Part shown: positions 62,893 to 64,000 of the stretch, in pieces
Layout of the letters: every line of letters starts with the position of its first letter
Numbering within the stretch: position 1 is the stretch's first letter
Assembly (NCBI GenBank): GCA_051362555.1
Contig: CM120648.1
Coordinates: forward strand, 4,646,587 to 4,710,586
Length of the DNA stretch: 64,000 nucleotides
Source: Lingula anatina
Lineage: Eukaryota; Animalia; Brachiopoda
Direction: 5' to 3'
Made by a program: the position numbers and the translations under genes
The notes under the pieces: model-generated
Database searches by the model: none
The model's input: the letters and a program-made list of their open reading frames with translations, nothing else
Told to the model about the DNA's origin: nothing

Positions 62893-64000
62893 TTTTTTAT
62901 GTACAGACACAGATGTGTCTGTACATATAGCCGTCACCTGCGTCTGTCGTCGCCGTCGCCGTGCACTCAGCGATAACACGATAAATGGAATACCGTTTTA
63001 CATTTTGTATTAAAATTTACAGAACTGATGAATATTCATAATACGCAGGTCAAGTTTGAAAATCAGCATGATCGGGCCATTTTAGGGAAGTTATGCTGTT
63101 TTTTTACTTTTTTAGCATTATTATAACACCGATAACACGATAAGTGAAAAACCTTTTTACTTTTTGGCTTGAAACTTATAAAACTTATGAATATTCATAA
63201 TATGCAGGTCAAGTTCGAAAATCAGAGCTGTCGGGTCAATTTTATGGAAGTTATGCTGTGTTTTTCACTTTTTTCAGCATATATGCAGCACTGATAACAC
63301 AATATAAGAAAAACAGATGGGCAAATCGATATTATACTCACAGGACTGGTCAATCTTACTAAAACGTAGGACGAGTTGGAAAATCAGCATAATCGGGCCA
63401 TTTTTTTAGAAGTTATGCTGTTTTTCACATTTCCTCAGATTCAATTCTTAGGCATGTTAACAGTCTCATTATTGAACTAATAAGATACGTAAAAGTGTTT
63501 GTTTGACATTTCCTGCATCTTTATAACATTGTTAGTTGATTATGTAAAAATGATGGTAAACTTGTTATTGTATATTATGTTATAAAGTGTCAAAAATGGA
63601 AATAAACTCATATCTTTGCAGTTTGTCAGATTCAATCATCTACTATGTTCAGAATCTCAGAATGGAGGAAATTGGACATTTAACACTGTTCTATTGATAT
63701 TTTCCCATCTCATCAATTTTCTTAGTTGATCATATAAAAATGTCAGTAAGCAGTTTATTTTGGTTTTTTTTTTCACTTTTTTTTAGCATTTTAATAACAC
63801 CTATAACATAATAAGTGAAAAACCTTTTTACTTTTTGGCTTCAAACTTATAGAACTGATGAATATTCATAATATGCAGGTCAAGTTTGAAAATCAGCATT
63901 ATCGGGTCAATTTTATGGAAGCTAAGAACTTCCACTTCTAAGAACTTTTCACTTTTTAGTGAGGAAGCAGTGATAATTATGCAGGTAAATTTTGTTTAAT
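62893..64000. repeat. HINE/DINE-1 (Helentron-associated)-like element with ~160-bp tandem repeats
   Basis: A T-run, then hairpin GTACAGACAC-AGAT-GTGTCTGTAC (62901-62924), a CGTC/CGCC micro-repeat, and units starting GATAACAC at ~62972, 63131, 63293 and a variant at ~63802. Most units carry GAATATTCATAATAYGCAGGTCAAGTTYGAAAATCAG. Confidence 0.7.

Overview
Eukaryotic, AT-rich, intron-rich invertebrate DNA; the repeat types suggest a lophotrochozoan/mollusc (inference). Reading splice sites by hand gives seven genes: (1) a + strand CARD adaptor with a 27-nt micro-exon, a basic Cys-rich motif and a C-terminal TRADD-N-like domain (16.2-22.9 kb); (2) a - strand P-glycoprotein/ABCB1-like gene with 23 intact coding exons (36.5-25.2 kb) that stops after TM11, with TM12 and NBD2 not found anywhere in the window; (3) a - strand F-box/FBA glycoprotein-lectin gene whose exon 2 has a CG where the AG acceptor should be; (4) a head-to-head centrin-like gene with a Lys/Gly-rich N-terminus; (5) a class I SAM methyltransferase; (6, 7) two tandem C-type lectin receptor genes. 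Also present: an initiator tRNA-Met gene in an ABCB intron, a 4-kb degenerate Sola3-like transposon with a nested foldback MITE, four copies of a palindromic MITE with conserved asymmetric ends, a 5'-truncated LINE, other MITEs and a HINE-like ~160-bp repeat array. Best novelty candidates: the CARD/TRADD-N-like adaptor and the truncated, or giant-intron-split, ABCB gene. All family calls come from motif recognition by eye; no searches were run.
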